Part shown: piece by piece, positions 38,357-51,965 of the stretch
Layout: the number at the start of each line of letters is the position of its first letter
Position numbering within the stretch: the stretch's first letter is position 1
NCBI GenBank assembly: GCA_951406725.2
Contig: OX597821.1
Coordinates: 101,308,001 to 101,372,000 of the forward strand
Direction: 5' to 3'
DNA: 64,000 nt
Source of the DNA: Octopus vulgaris
Taxonomy: Eukaryota
Made by a program: the position numbers and the translations under genes
Notes under the pieces: model-generated
What the model saw: only the letters and a program-made list of their open reading frames with translations
The model's database searches: none
Told to the model about the DNA's origin: nothing

Positions 38357-38645
38357 TTGAATTTCTTTTTTTTTTTTTAACTAAATAAAAAAGCCATCAT
38401 TAATTGTGGGTGATTAACTTTGAGATGGTTAGCTCACTGCAAATATCAGAATTTGCAAAAATACCCAAGCCATACCATCATGGAAACTAAAACATTTCAA
38501 GCCATTATGATTTATGTGGTATTGTCTCTTTTAATACAACTTTCATTTTTGGAAAGAATTGATAAAACGTTTCCACTATTTCAATATCAATTTATATTGA
38601 GTAGTTCTAGTTAATGTTACTGAATCTACAGGTCTGTTTTTTTTC

Positions 38646-38679
<34 letters not shown>

Positions 38680-41600
38680 TTCTTCCCTGCTAAGCTGATC
38701 GCCATGTTTATAGTTTAGAGTAAATCTGATTTTGTTAGTTAGATATTTGGGAGCTCTGAGACATTCATCAGTCCAGTAATTCTTGAAAATGTTCCTCTAA
38801 TCACTCATTTCTCCTTATGAATTATAAGCTTTCTATTTTTATGCTTGATCTTCTGCGGTATTAGCAGGATTGGTTGAGGCTGATATATATCTCAAATCAC
38901 ATAGAATCATTCTAGGTAAAGAAAGATCAAGATGTATGTCATCTAATACTATATTTCCAACCACTGATAAGTATATAGAAGTAAAATATCCATTTTCTGA
39001 TAGCTGCTTTTAAGGATATACTGAAGCCTGTTTGATTATCTCTAGATCTAGCTGCCAGAAAATAAACTACATTTGCATAAAGAATTTCATGAGGTTGTTA
39101 CGAGATATAAGGATGAAGAAAAAAGCTGGTATGGCATGTCTGTTTTTATTTTTACAGAAAACACAAGTTGAGAAAACAGCAATAAAACAATAAAAGAAAC
39201 AGTTATTGAAAGCTAGATTGAATAAGAACTGAATCAATGAAATATAGAGATTGACTTTCAGTAAGCAATTTTGTGAGCTATAAAATTCTTGTTAAAGAAA
39301 ATGACATTGAAATCAATTGATGCAAAAAGAAAGGTCATTTATATCAACATACTAAAAAGTAATCAGCCTCAAGAAGCCTTTGTCAATAGAATGGCTACAG
39401 AAGCAATGTAAAATCCAAGTGAAAACACTACAAATCTAAAAAGGATTTGTAGAAAATTATATATTTTAAATGCTTCAATTCCTCAATTAATTTTTGTTGT
39501 CATACATAGACATAATTACATTTCTTTTAATTGCTTTAAGAGCCTTAACTGGGTTTTTTTTTAATGTTATTATCTGAAAAGTATTGATTTGAAACATACA
39601 AATTCTACTCATTTGAGAACCTTAGCTATCATTATCTCTGGCTTGCAGCCTTGCAAGAAAGAAGAAATGAGTGAAAATGTTTTATTGATACAATGTTATA
39701 GCAGACATATCAAAACAGATAGCTCGAGAAATAGGATGTTGTTGTGAAGCCACTTTTGGAAATAACTCCAAGTAGCATCTTAAATCAGATCAAATCTTGA
39801 CATATATTCAATATCGCATTGATAAGATGCAACTTTCAGGGAGATATAAATATTTATATCTTCAGTACCTAAGGGACTGATTTGTTCTCAGTTGCTCTAT
39901 TGCTGTTCTTCAAATTTTAAAATTTCCATGAGCGTTTTTTGTTTGTTATTTACACACCTTGCTACACAAAAGGTTAACTGACTAAGAGATATTCTGATAA
40001 CATCACTAATATTATTAAAATTAATGTTTAATAGTAACTACTTAAAACTAATGTTTTAAAGGTGGTTTAGCTTTACCAAATTAATATTTCTACTATATAT
40101 GGTATTCGTAAGTCTGAAAATCAAATCAGTTTATATGAAAACACTAGGCTACCTACACAATTATCAGTAGCTTGTAACAATTTGTGTTCAGACATTCTAC
40201 AAACCAGTTGATCTGATATCCTGAAAAGGATAGTTAATAGAAAATTTAATGATATTGGTATTTCATTCCCAGAAGCCATTAGTTGCATAATCTATAGATT
40301 AATTATAATCCAAAATTGTATTGTAATATAAAAGCCAATTTAAGCTCAGACAGCTGTGTTAAGATTTTAAACATTTATATCATGTTTTATTTAAAATGGG
40401 AAAGTGTTTACAATGAACTCTGGGATTGGATCAAAAGTCTTTAGATATGCAACTTGTCTATAGTAAGGTTTGACCACCTGATATCAAAAACCTTTATGAT
40501 TCTTTTTTTTTTTTTTTCAAGAATAATATATTTGTAAAGACTTGTTTTCAATTCATTAAACATCAAATTTTATGAGGTCTTTACATTATCTTGTTATTTA
40601 CATCACCTGCATCCCTCAGAAGATTAACAAAACAATGTAAATGGGGTGTGTATACATAAGCTGATTCAAAGAGGATTTTTAGCACATTGTGTGACCATTT
40701 TGGGGCTCACACATTGGCTCAATACTGAGAGGTTAAATAGAAATGTGAGTTACTTGTAAATCTGTATTTATGCAAAGAGCATAATTGTAAATGTGTATGT
40801 AAATGAATGTATCTACAATAAATGATAATTAAAAAAAATTTTAATGATATCAGCTATGTAAGCTGGAGTTATAAACTTTTGAGAGAGAGAGAGGGAGAGA
40901 GAATGGATAGAAAAACATGGAAAAAAACATCAGAGATATGAATTTAGAAGGATTCTTGGAAGAAAAAAGACTGAAGAGCTGCTAATGCTATTGTTGTTTA
41001 GCTGCAGATCAACCCTGATTTTTTTTTTTTTAATCCATTCACATATATATTTTCATATCCCATTTTGTTTTGCTTCTGCTTTTTTGCTATTGCTGAGCCA
41101 AGATCAAGATTCAGTTACTAAATATTTCACTGAAAGCCTGAGTTAAAAATAATAAAAAGGGTATGCAAAAATATGCTTACATAAGGATTCAAAAAGTATT
41201 TTTAGATTGATCATAAACATATAAGACTGCTACACATGGAAGTAGTAATTACATCAAGGTGTCCACAAACATATTGTGGGTTCAATTCTCACTAGGTTCT
41301 CACATTTTTACTCACTTCGTGTAATCTACACAACAATGTTGTATATCATTCAATTTATGTTTTCTTTATTAGTTAAATGAAATAAAACCTAAAAAGCTTA
41401 TTTGTTAAGATTACAGATTGTAAGAAGGTTAAATTTGGGTTGCTTAAAAATGACTTGGTTGGATTAGTTGAAGGTCACTATTTTAATTGTCAAGATAATG
41501 AGGAAAAGATTTCAGGATTAAATTTCTTCTTCTGCCAAATAACATCAAAAGGCAAAAATATAAAAATGAAAAGGTGTACAAAAACACATACACATAAGTT

Positions 41601-42883
41601 TTAAAAATTGATTTTCTGATTAATTTGGGTATAAATGCTTAACATGGAAGTGCGTATTGTCAGGAAGCTTATTATATATTTATATTTCGTTTAATCAGAA
41701 TTTTTTATGAATCCTTTTGATTAAAGATCACCTTTATCATAGTTATTTCAATCTCCTCTTCCAATTCCAGCACTGGAATTAGTTGGACAGGTAAAAGATG
41801 TAAAATGTTTTAAAAAAAACGCAATTTTCAAAAATGCTTTCATAGATATTTCAAGGAACTTAATGAAATACTTTCGTTTATTAACACAGTTCTTGCACAC
41901 ATTCACATTCTTTTTTCACCTTCTATCTCATCTTATACATAACCATACCAATATATTTATTTTTATATTTTTCATTATTTTTTTTTAAATAAACGTGCAC
42001 TTCAAATAAGTGAAAAAGAAGAATATTTTCCATTATATGTGTGTATTGATTTCTTTTCTTTTTTTTCTTTCTTTGGATTAACTAATAAAATAGGTTATAA
42101 ATGGCAAGTTCTCGTAATTCATTCTAACAGAAAGGAAAACTGATTAGTTTCGCTAATAATGGTAGCTAATCAATATTTTTTAATCATTAGCTCTTTGGTA
42201 TGTGTGCCAGAACAGGAATCATTACAGAACACTTATGTTTTCTTGCCCAATAAGTAATCATCACATATATTTCTTTTCCTTTTAATGAATGCAGGTGTTT
42301 ATTGTATTTATTTTTGCTGCAAGCTTAAAACTTCGTATAAAAACATTGTAATCTAAAATATGAAGGTAATAATGTTGATAGGACGTTAAGTTTAGGAAAA
42401 ATGATAACTATCTCACATCATTTGGGAACTGAAGCATCATCTTACTGAAGTTAATAGTACTTCATATTAACATCTGGTAAAAGCATCTATAGTTAATGTC
42501 AAATTGTAAAAGATAAGTTTTCAAGAGCAGGACTTTATTGGTATGTGATGTTGCCAAATTTTTCCTTTTATCATATGTTTATGTAAAATAAAACTCAACT
42601 TGTAAGTTATACAGTTATGTTCAAGTGTTATATTTATAAATAGTTTCAAACAATTTGTGTTATTCACAGGATATTAAATAGGGTTTATTCTCTATATCTT
42701 GTAGCAGCTCTTTTGCTATATTACCATGAATTGTATAATCAAATGTAGCAAAATATCAGTAAAGGACTGGTTTATTTGATTGTCTTATATTGATCAATGT
42801 AGTGCTGGTATTAATAAATATAGTTGTCAGCAGACATTCGAAATTACAGCTCCCACTGAACCCAACATGTCAAGCATTATTAA

Positions 42884-43515
42884 CCCTTCAGCATTTAAAC
42901 TGGCCATATCCAAACAAAATATTCTATCTGTTTTGTGTTCAAACCAACTAGATTCTGCCTCTCACACCTGACCTACAATGTCATTTCCAAAAATAAACAA
43001 CTATAGGTGCAGGAGTGGCTGTGTGGCTTGCTAACCAACCACATGGTTCCGGGTTCAGTCCCACTGCGTGGCATCTTGGGCAAGTGTCTTCTGCTATAGC
43101 CCCGGGCTGACCAATGCCTTGTGAGTGGATTTGGTAGACGGAAACTGAAAGAAGTCTGTCGTATATATGTATATATATATATGTATGTGTGTGTGTGTCT
43201 GTGTTTGTCCTCCTAGCATTGCTTGACAACCGATGCTTGTGTGTTTACGTCCCTGTCACTTAGCAGTTCGGCAAAAGAGACCGATAGAATAAGTACTGGG
43301 CTTACAAAGAATAAGTCCCGGGGTCGATTTGCTCGACTAAAGGCGGTGCTCCAGCATGGCCGCAGTCAAATGACTGAAACAAGTAAAAGAGTAAAGAGTA
43401 AAGAGTAAATATTGAAATCTCAAAGCTGTGAAATAATGCATGTTTAATTCAAAACAATATGAATAAATAAGCATTACATTTGACAAAATAATATGAATGT
43501 GAAAAAGCTAAAGGG
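42884..43515. mobile_element. TTAA MITE family 1 interrupted by a SINE
   Basis: ttaa|cccttcagcatt ... gctaaaggg|ttaa; the halves 42884-43000 and 43409-43515 join to match 20971-21185. Confidence 0.8.
43005..43408 (+). mobile_element. Young tRNA-derived SINE family A (CORE-like centre; resembles octopus OR-type SINEs)
   Basis: A-box tggctgtgtgg, B-box ggttcagtccc, CORE-like ggcatcttgggcaagtgtctt, internal (TA/TG)n, tail gactgaaacaagtaaaaga(gtaaaga)n; CpGs retained. Confidence 0.9.
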
Positions 43516-44311
43516 TTAAGTTACAACAAATGAACCTTTTTTCTTTTAACTAGCATGTTATGATATAATGTCAGGAAGATTTGGCCATTATTTCTAACAA
43601 TTCATGCAACAGTGTAAAAGTTCTCTTTTTAGACTATCTCATCTCATCTCTCTCTTTCTCTCTCTCTCCCCCTCCCCCTCTCTCTCTCTCTCTCTCTCTC
43701 TCCAATGTGTGAAATATTTAAGAGCCAATGAAATTGTATTTGGTAAATGCTATCATTGTAGACTCAATTTGCTCCTAAACAAATTCAGTAGCAAAATGTT
43801 TTTATACCATAAAATAATTATTCCAGCATTCTTCTGTTCTAGAGTTGCAAATTTTACTCATTAGCTTTTTTTTTTCTTTTTATTTCCATGAATTCACAAT
43901 AATGCATTGTTTTTTTCTCGTTTCAAATCATAATTCTATATTATCAAGGCATCTTTGTTGAAGCAATTTGCGTATAGGGTTGGTGCAATTATAACTTGGT
44001 AAGTCACATATAATATCCCAATTGTGGCAATCTTTGTAACCATGAATTTATGTTTTGAGATGATGACACTATATTTAATTTCTCCTTATAGTAAAGGTGA
44101 ATAGATTGCACTCTGGCAACCTTTACCAACCCTCTCAGTTGTTTAGCATCTCAACTTCTCAATTATTAATGAAAATAATATTTCTTCCTTCTAGCTTCAC
44201 AGACCAACTGTTTTATTTAATATTTAGTGACTTTAATTTAATTGCTACTTCATTTACTAATGTATTATTTTGTACTGCTTTATAATTGTTTTTCTTTGTT
44301 TTGTTTTTTAG

Positions 44312-44480
44312 TGATGCGGCTGACCAAGCCATCACTGATGCCTTTCCATCCTCTAATATGTGATAAAAGGGATCTCTCAGGTGCCATTTACCAACAAATG
44401 GATTTAGATGACTTATCAAAACCAAGTGGTGTGGACTATTTTGGTGTCGGAGATCTCCTAACACTTCCTCAAAATTTTGG
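44312..44480 (+). CDS. TRAPPC13: Trafficking protein particle complex subunit 13, N-terminal internal exon (169 nt, phase 1 to 2)
   Basis: Acceptor ttgttttttag|, donor GG|gtaaga; (V)MRLTKPSLMPFHPLICDKRDLSGAIYQQMDLDDLSKPSGVDYFGVGDLLTLPQNFG matches TRAPPC13 VMRLTKP...LTLPQNFG. Confidence 0.95.
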
Positions 44481-45037
44481 GTAAGATTATTAGTTCTATA
44501 TTTGGATGTTGTCTTAGATAATATATGATGATTATCATCATCATTATTATCATTACCACACTACACCATTATCATCATCATCAGCATGAACAATGTTTGG
44601 ATGTCAATTTTCTGTGCTGACTTACTCTGACCAAATATGCAAAAATATCATTTTAGTGTATCACTGTTCAATGCTATTTCTTCTATGATGACCTAATGTT
44701 CTTAGAGCAGTTCCATCTCACTAAATCTCTTTGTTCCTATATATATATTTTTTGGGGAAAGTGTTGGCTACTTACTTATCCATGACTTTAATTTTACCCA
44801 ATGTAAATCAGCCATTTTTCAACATATATTGAGGTAGACATCTACATGGTTACTTAACTTGATATATGTAACTGTTAAATACTCCTTCAACAACCCCTAA
44901 CTATTCCTGTTTGAAACCTTAACTTTTTTTAAAATGGGAACCAAATTTTGAAATGCCTGAATCTGAAAACAGTTTACCATAAGCCTGGTCAACTAAAGTC
45001 AATAGCAGCTGATCAGTAACAGTAACTAATCTTTATT

Positions 45038-45418
45038 GTCATCATTTTAGCATCTATTCTTCCATGTTTGCATGGGTTGGAGAGAGTTTAATGAGGCAAA
45101 TTTTCTACAAAAAGATACCTTTCCTATCACCACCACTCATCAGCTTCCAAGCAAAATATTTCTTCTTAATCAGATATGTTTTCACATAACATTGAAAATT
45201 AATGACACTGCTTGTATGACAATGGTCATTTACAACTATCACACAGTGTCAATACAAGGAGAAACAAACATATATACACTAATACAAACACACACATGAT
45301 GGTCTTCTTTCAATTTCCACTCTACCAAATCCACTCACAAGACTTTAGTCAGCCCAGAGCAGTAGTAGAAGATACCTACACAAGGTGCTTCACAATGGGG
45401 ACTGAACCCAAATCCATG
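45038..45418 (-). mobile_element. SINE family B
   Basis: atcattttagcatctattcttccatgtttgcatggg (reverse tail)...accaaatccactcacaag...gggactgaaccc (reverse head). Confidence 0.75.
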
Positions 45419-46604
45419 TAATTGTATTTTACATGTAAAATAATGTATGGCTGGTTTGTTTTAAACTCAACTTATATTTCTACCTAATATCAAGAACTAA
45501 ATAAATAAATAAATAAATTCAATTTAGAAAATGTGTGCTTTAATTATCTTGTATTAAAATAAACGCTATTTTCTATCAAGTGAATATTTCCATAGCAATG
45601 TGTCAGCTTGATGTTCTGCTTTCAATTCTTTCATTTTAATGACTTCTGTTTTTTAAGTTCAATTAAAGGCTTTGGAAAGGTTAAAAATAAAGAAGCATAT
45701 TTTAAAAAGGAAGTTCTAGAATGAGTCAGTCTTGGAAGGGAAAAAAAGAGTTGTGCATGTTGTTTAGTGCAAAGACCAAAGAAAGGGAGTCATTAAAATG
45801 TAGAGAAGTAGAAAATAGAGTCTACAAGTAATTCCTCTGTGAGTTGAACATAGCATCTTCAGTTAATCCCATGAGTGATCCTTTTAATTTCATAAGCAGA
45901 TTCTTTTCATATCTAAAAATATGTATTTTAACCCTGAGCAATTATCAACTAAACCCAAAGGCATACTACAATGTAATACTTCTCCCATATGTGGATTACT
46001 ATGTCTATCTCTTTTAGTTCCATGTGTGTGATCTAAAATTCAATTTTCTAAGAGGAAAATCAACTATTCCAAATTTTTTCCAGTTTGATGATCTTCCATC
46101 AAAATGCATTCTCATTTCACAACTTTTACTATTAGCAAAAAATAGTAGAACACATCTGCTGTGCTTCAGAATTTTCTCTATGCCATAATTAAACTCTGTC
46201 TCATTTACTTCTCTCTCCCTCTCTCTCTCTTCCTGCCAACACCAATATAAAACCTTGTGCTTTAGACCCTGTATCAAACACTTCCTTAGACCTTTATCCT
46301 TAAAATTGCATTTGTTTATGTTGTTCTGTTACATTTATTATTACTGTATGAATATATTGTTTATGCTTCCTATTATAAACAGCTTGAGTAATTTTGCAAC
46401 TACTCTCATAATGCAAATTTGTTGGCAGTACTATGTCTCTTATCTCACTATCCTAGACAGAGCTAACTCCACATACATTGAAAAGAAGACCCTTAAGGCT
46501 CAGATCAGATTAACATGCCATATAATCTGTATAGCTTAGTCCAGGATACAGGAGCTGGAATTCCTTTTATAATAAATCTGCTCACTTAGACCTAAACAAT
46601 CCTT

Positions 46605-46797
46605 TTTACTATAGGCACAAGACCTGAAATTGGAGGAAAGAGGCTAGTTGATGACATCAAATCCAGTGCTCAACTGGTAATTATTTCAACACTGAAATAA
46701 CAAAAGGCAAAGTCTACCTTGGCAGAATTTGAACTCAAAATGTAAAGGTTGACAAAATGAAAATTATTTTGTCCAGTGTGCTAATCTTGCCACCTTA
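46605..46797 (-). mobile_element. SINE family C, decayed
   Basis: ggcacaagacctgaaatt...aaaggcaaagtctaccttggcagaatttgaactc...gccacctt. Confidence 0.7.
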
Positions 46798-47409
46798 AAC
46801 TTAAATAATGATAGGGTCATTCAGTCTGACAATAAGAATTCAGGGATTTTCATTATTAAAAAGTGTTTTTCCTGCAATTCTGCTCTTGTAATTTCCTTGA
46901 TTATTTGTCTTCAGCATTCAGCATGACTACTTTGTTTCACTTATAAATGAATAGCTTTATCTCAATTGTAAACATCAATATATTTATAATTTTGTATCAA
47001 TATTTGATGTAATCTAACAACTTCTCCACCTGTTTGAACAAGTATTAATTAATCTTGTATGTTTTTAATTTGTTTTTATAATGTCAGCTTTGTTTTCATA
47101 TGTATGTGAGTTTTATCAATTTAAAATGAGCTCTTGAATATTCAAGTTTGGAAGAGTGTGTAAGCCATAATGAAAACACTTGGTTGTCTGGAACAAACAC
47201 AGATATTGAAGTTCATATAAGACAACAACGTGGCAAATATACACTTTCTGAATAGAATTGATGAATATATACAGCACAGTGCTTCATTTGCTACTTCAGA
47301 GTGTGTGTGTGTTTGTATATGGTTACACATTATAATTCTCCTGAACAATAGATAAGATACATTCTACAGACATTATATAAAAATATCCTTTGTTATTATA
47401 ACCCGGCAC

Positions 47410-47604
47410 AAGGCAGTGAACTGGCAGAATCATTAGAAAGCTCGACAAACTGTTTATCGCCATTTTGTCTGTCTATATTCTGAGATTGTCGACTTTACCT
47501 TTCATCCTTTCAGGATCAATAAAATAAGTACCAGTTGATCATGGGTTGATCTAGTTGACTTACCCCATACCCCAAAATTACTGGCATTGTGCTAAAATTT
47601 GAAA
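47410..47604 (+). mobile_element. SINE family C
   Basis: aaggcagtgaactggcagaatcattag...ctttcatcctttcaggatcaataaaataagtacc...gtgctaaaatttgaaa. Confidence 0.75.
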
Positions 47605-48144
47605 TCTTTGTTATAACTTGGCTTAAAATAGGCACTTGATTATTAACTAAAATTATAATATTAACAAGTTCTTTTAAATAAAATTGTCATAATTCGATTT
47701 TAGCAATTATAAAGGAAATATGAAATAGCAGAATTAGTTGAGCATAAACAGAAGAGTCTGTGGTATTTGTTTATATCCCAAGTTCAAATCCTGCTATTCC
47801 AAAGTTGTTCAAATAAACAACAGTCTATAAATACTGGGATCAATGCAATTGACGATACCCTTGAAATTGGTATGCTAGCAGATCCATAGTCCAATGACCG
47901 AAGCTGAATAAAGCAGTTTCATATCTGCATCCTAATAAAGATAGCTGAGATTTCATTTGATTAATCAGTCTAAAATTTACATTTGATTTTCTTCGGTTAC
48001 AATCTATGCAAATATGAGATCTAAACAAGATGTAATCCTATCACTGAAAGCAAAAATAAAGCTACTGAGCAAACTGAACATTTTGGGTGTAGCGAAGTCT
48101 GAGCACATATGATAATGTTCAATAAGTTTGGGTCCTAATATATA

Positions 48145-48572
48145 TCATCATTACCATTGTTTTGACATTTACCTATCAATGCTAGGATAGGTCAGACAGA
48201 ATTTTGTTGGGGTAGGTTTTTATACAGCTGGATACCCTTCCTATTACTAACCCTTACCTTTTCCCAGATAAGGTAATATTTCCCCATAGCCAGATATGTT
48301 TTTTTTAGAACGCTAAAAATACAGCTGTATGATGATATGATGATGATGACGCTTGTTTGTAACCATCACATGATGTCAATACAACAATACATACAGGCAC
48401 TCACATATACATACATACATGGGTGTGTGTGTATGTGTGTGTATGATGGGGTTCTTCTAGTTTCTATCTGCCAAATCCATTAACAGGGTATAGTAGAAGA
48501 CACTTATCCAAGGTGCCATACAGTGGGATTGAACCCAAGACTGCATAGTTAAGAAGTAAGCTTTCTAAACAC
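48145..48572 (-). mobile_element. SINE family B
   Basis: cagctggatacccttcc...tagtagaagacacttatccaaggtgccatacagtgggattgaaccc. Confidence 0.75.
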
Positions 48573-49187
48573 ACAATGCACACACACGAACACACACACA
48601 CACGAATATATGTCTGTACATATGTAACAATTATTTAATACACTCCTCATTTACTTCCTAACACTAACTTGTCTTTGTTGTCCTAATTTCTTATTTATTC
48701 ATTAAAGTTTTCACAGTCATGTTTTAATATGCTTATAGGTAACATACATGGCTTATAAATGTCTCAAATGGATTGAACATTAAGCATTTTTTCATTCCTG
48801 GATCTACTATTTAACATCTACTTCTTTGCCAACATTAATATCAGTTTCCCCCCTTACAGTTAGGTGGTGATATGTGAGTAATGTAAATATGAATGTTCTT
48901 GGTTCCAGTTTCATGTAATGAAGCAGATCAGAAATACATCTTCTTTTGGATGCTATTGCAGAAAATATTTCCAGATGATCTGGTACCCATTTCTGGCAGC
49001 TAGGTAAACTGAAGTAATGCAAAATATGTCATTCTTCTCTGAATTGAAGCACTGACAGTCAATTTGAAGTCATGACTTATGAGTAGGAACGAAATATTGC
49101 ATCTTATCCATTTGCTCATCTCACTTTTTTTATTGTATAATGTGCTTTGCATTAGAACAGGGTTCAGTAACTTTTTGTAATGATCTA

Positions 49188-49600
49188 ATGTGTGGTTAAG
49201 AAGCGCACTTTGCAACCATGTAGTTTCAGGTTCGGTCTCACTGCATGGCACCTTGGGCAAATGTCTTCTTCTAAAGCCCTGGGCTGATCATTGCCTTGTG
49301 AGTGAATTTTGTAGATGGAAATTATATGGAAGCCTGTCATGTATATAAATATATATGATTTTGTGTGTTTGTCTTTCTATCCATATTTATCACTCCACCC
49401 CCACTACTTGAAAACCGGTGTTGGTTTCTTTACATCCATGTAATCTGTGGTTCATCAAAAGAGACCAATAGAATCGGTACTAGACTTTTAAAAAATCATA
49501 AGTGCTAGGTAGGGAGGGGTGGCATTTGTTTCACTAAAACCATTCAAGGTGCTCTCCTGTCATGGCCACAGTAAAATAACTGAAACAAGTAAGATTTTAA
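49188..49600 (+). mobile_element. SINE family A
   Basis: gtgtggttaagaagcgc...ggcaccttgggcaaatgtctt...catggccacagtaaaataactgaaacaagt. Confidence 0.8.
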
Positions 49601-50621
49601 AAAATGAAAAATTTACCCATATTATAATGTATCTTACACTTAGAAATATTCCTGAGTATTCCCCTCGCCGTTCCTATCACTGGCACTGCTTAGTATGCAG
49701 TAATTAAACAAATCAGCTATTTAAAGGCCTTCATTCAAAGATTCACAAATAGATTAAATTTGAAAAATTGTTTATAGAAGCTCTGAGGCCCCTAATGAAC
49801 ACCTCAATGGTCCACCTGTAGCTGACTACTACCTTAAAGTTTGATAAACAACCAGTTCTGTGTTTGGGCCATTACTTCTACATTCTGCCAACTTGTCTCA
49901 CTTATATAATGTTATTTATCTGTTTGAAATACAAACAACTGGAAAATAAATTTGAACTAGCTAACAGAATTTATTAATTATGCTACAATAAATTGAACCT
50001 AATAATTAAATATGATAATAAATTAGACTTCAATCACAAACTATAGCTAATTAAATGTGGATCTTTAATGATCTTCATGTGATAACAGATTGAAAAGCCT
50101 TAGTAATGTTGAGTAACTTTTGTAACTTTTCTCTTATTTACATAACCCTCTCTGAAGTATGATTTCATAAAATTATAGATCTTAAATTATTTTGGAAAAG
50201 ATACTTATTTTTCTTCTTTTATTTTGTTTATGGTTATCAAAGGAACAATGACTTAGTGGATCTTCATTGTGTTATTCTCTCCCAGCTTAGTTTATTAGAG
50301 AAAGAAAATGTTCTCTCTTTCTCTCTCTCTCTCATATATATATATACATATATATACACACACACACATACACATACACAGTGGTGTCAAGAGTATACTG
50401 CTAATCAAATGTTATTTCTGCTTATTTAATCATTACTTAAATTTCAAATTGTATATAAATAACTTTTTTTACTCTTAAATTATGTATGTTTAAACATGAA
50501 AATTTTAATTAGCCTACTACAATTATCGACAACATTACTAAAGCTACAAAAATCAACAACACTCACTTGAAGAACTTTTTGGAAAAGTATATAAATTAGT
50601 AGTCACAATTATACTCTTTAG

Positions 50622-51243
50622 TAAGGTGGTGAGCTAGCAGAATTATAAGCATAGGTGCAGAAGTGGCTGTGTGGTAAGTAGCTTGCTTACCAACCACATG
50701 GTTCCGGGTTCATTCACACTGTGTGGCACCTTGGGCAAGTGTCTTCTACTACAGCCTCTGGAGTGGACTTGGTAGACAGAAACTGAAAGAATCCCGTCGT
50801 ATATATGTGTGTATATATATATATATATGTATGTATGTATGTGGGTGTATATGATTGTGTGTCTGTGTTTGTCCTCCCAATATCGCTTAACAACTGATGC
50901 TGGTGTGTTTATGTCCCTGTAACTTAGTGGTTCAGCAAAAGCAACCGATAGAATATAAGTACTAGGCTTCCAAAGAATAAGTCCTGGGGTCGATTTGCTC
51001 AGCTAAAGGTGGTGTTCCAGCATGGTCACAGTCAAATGACTGAAACAAGTAAAAAAGAAAAAAAATGATATCAAGCAAAATGCTTAGCGGCATTTTGTCT
51101 GTCTTTGTGTTCAGAGTTCAAATTCTGTCAAGGTTGATTTTTGCCTTTCATCCTTTCAGGGTCAATAAAATAAATACCAAGTGATGGAATTGACTTAATC
51201 GCTCCCCCAAACTTGCTGGCCTTGTACCAAAATTTAAAACCGA
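50622..51243 (+). mobile_element. SINE family C split by a nested SINE family A (50651-51065)
   Basis: Head taaggtggtgagctagcagaatt, resuming at gcaaaatgcttagcggc; TSD-like attatactcttt at ~50608 and ~51245; inner element is a complete family-A copy. Confidence 0.85.
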
Positions 51244-51911
51244 TATTATACTCTTTAGCAAGACTAACTATTAATAACTGTTTGATTATATCATCCTAAG
51301 ACTTGTTGTCATGGATAAATGAAAAAGCTTATCAATGATGAAATTTTGGAGTCATAGTTACTGGAGATGGATGCTTACTGACTGCTTCGCATCTTTACCT
51401 TTTGACCTGCAGATTTAAAAAATAATTTTTTGTAACTAAACACTTTCAAACTTCAGACACTGGTAGAATGTGTCATATAAAACATCTTTTACCCTTAGCA
51501 TTTTTGAGAAAAACTTCATTGGTGATGAAGAACTCCAAAAAGATTGTATTGGTGTATTTTGAACAACATTCAGCAGAAATACTATACAAAGTTGTGTCAC
51601 TACCATCAAAATTGACTAAATTAATTTGGGCTTGCATGACCTGTTGCAATAAAAACTATACATTTCTCTGAAAAACTAAAAATCTATCATACTTGTATTC
51701 AGTTCATTCAGGTGCATAAGAAATGGATTTTATCAGTCTGGTCAAAAAATTTGTATAGAAATTTAATTTGCTTGGCTCTGACAGGCAAATATACATCCAT
51801 TGTATAGGAGAAAAATGCCACTCAAACTAAATCCAACTCTTAAGCATGGTTTGGAGTTGCATCTCTGGATTAGAGATTGGTTTCATATGTCCAAAAGCAT
51901 CATTATGTTTG

Positions 51912-51918
<7 letters not shown>

Positions 51919-51962
<44 letters not shown>
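51919..51962. repeat. (AC)n microsatellite
   Basis: Direct reading. Confidence 0.95.

Positions 51963-51965
<3 letters not shown>

Noticed and set aside
43949-43998. Candidate 50-nt exon with strong donor TTG|gtaagt
   Set aside because: Its open frame ends in phase 2, incompatible with the phase-1 acceptor at 44312, and shows no TRAPPC13 similarity; could only be UTR
5400-44311. SHLD3-like single-exon ORF upstream of the first TRAPPC13 exon found (as in human intron 1)
   Set aside because: No ~250-aa ORF or recognisable SHLD3 motif in the region
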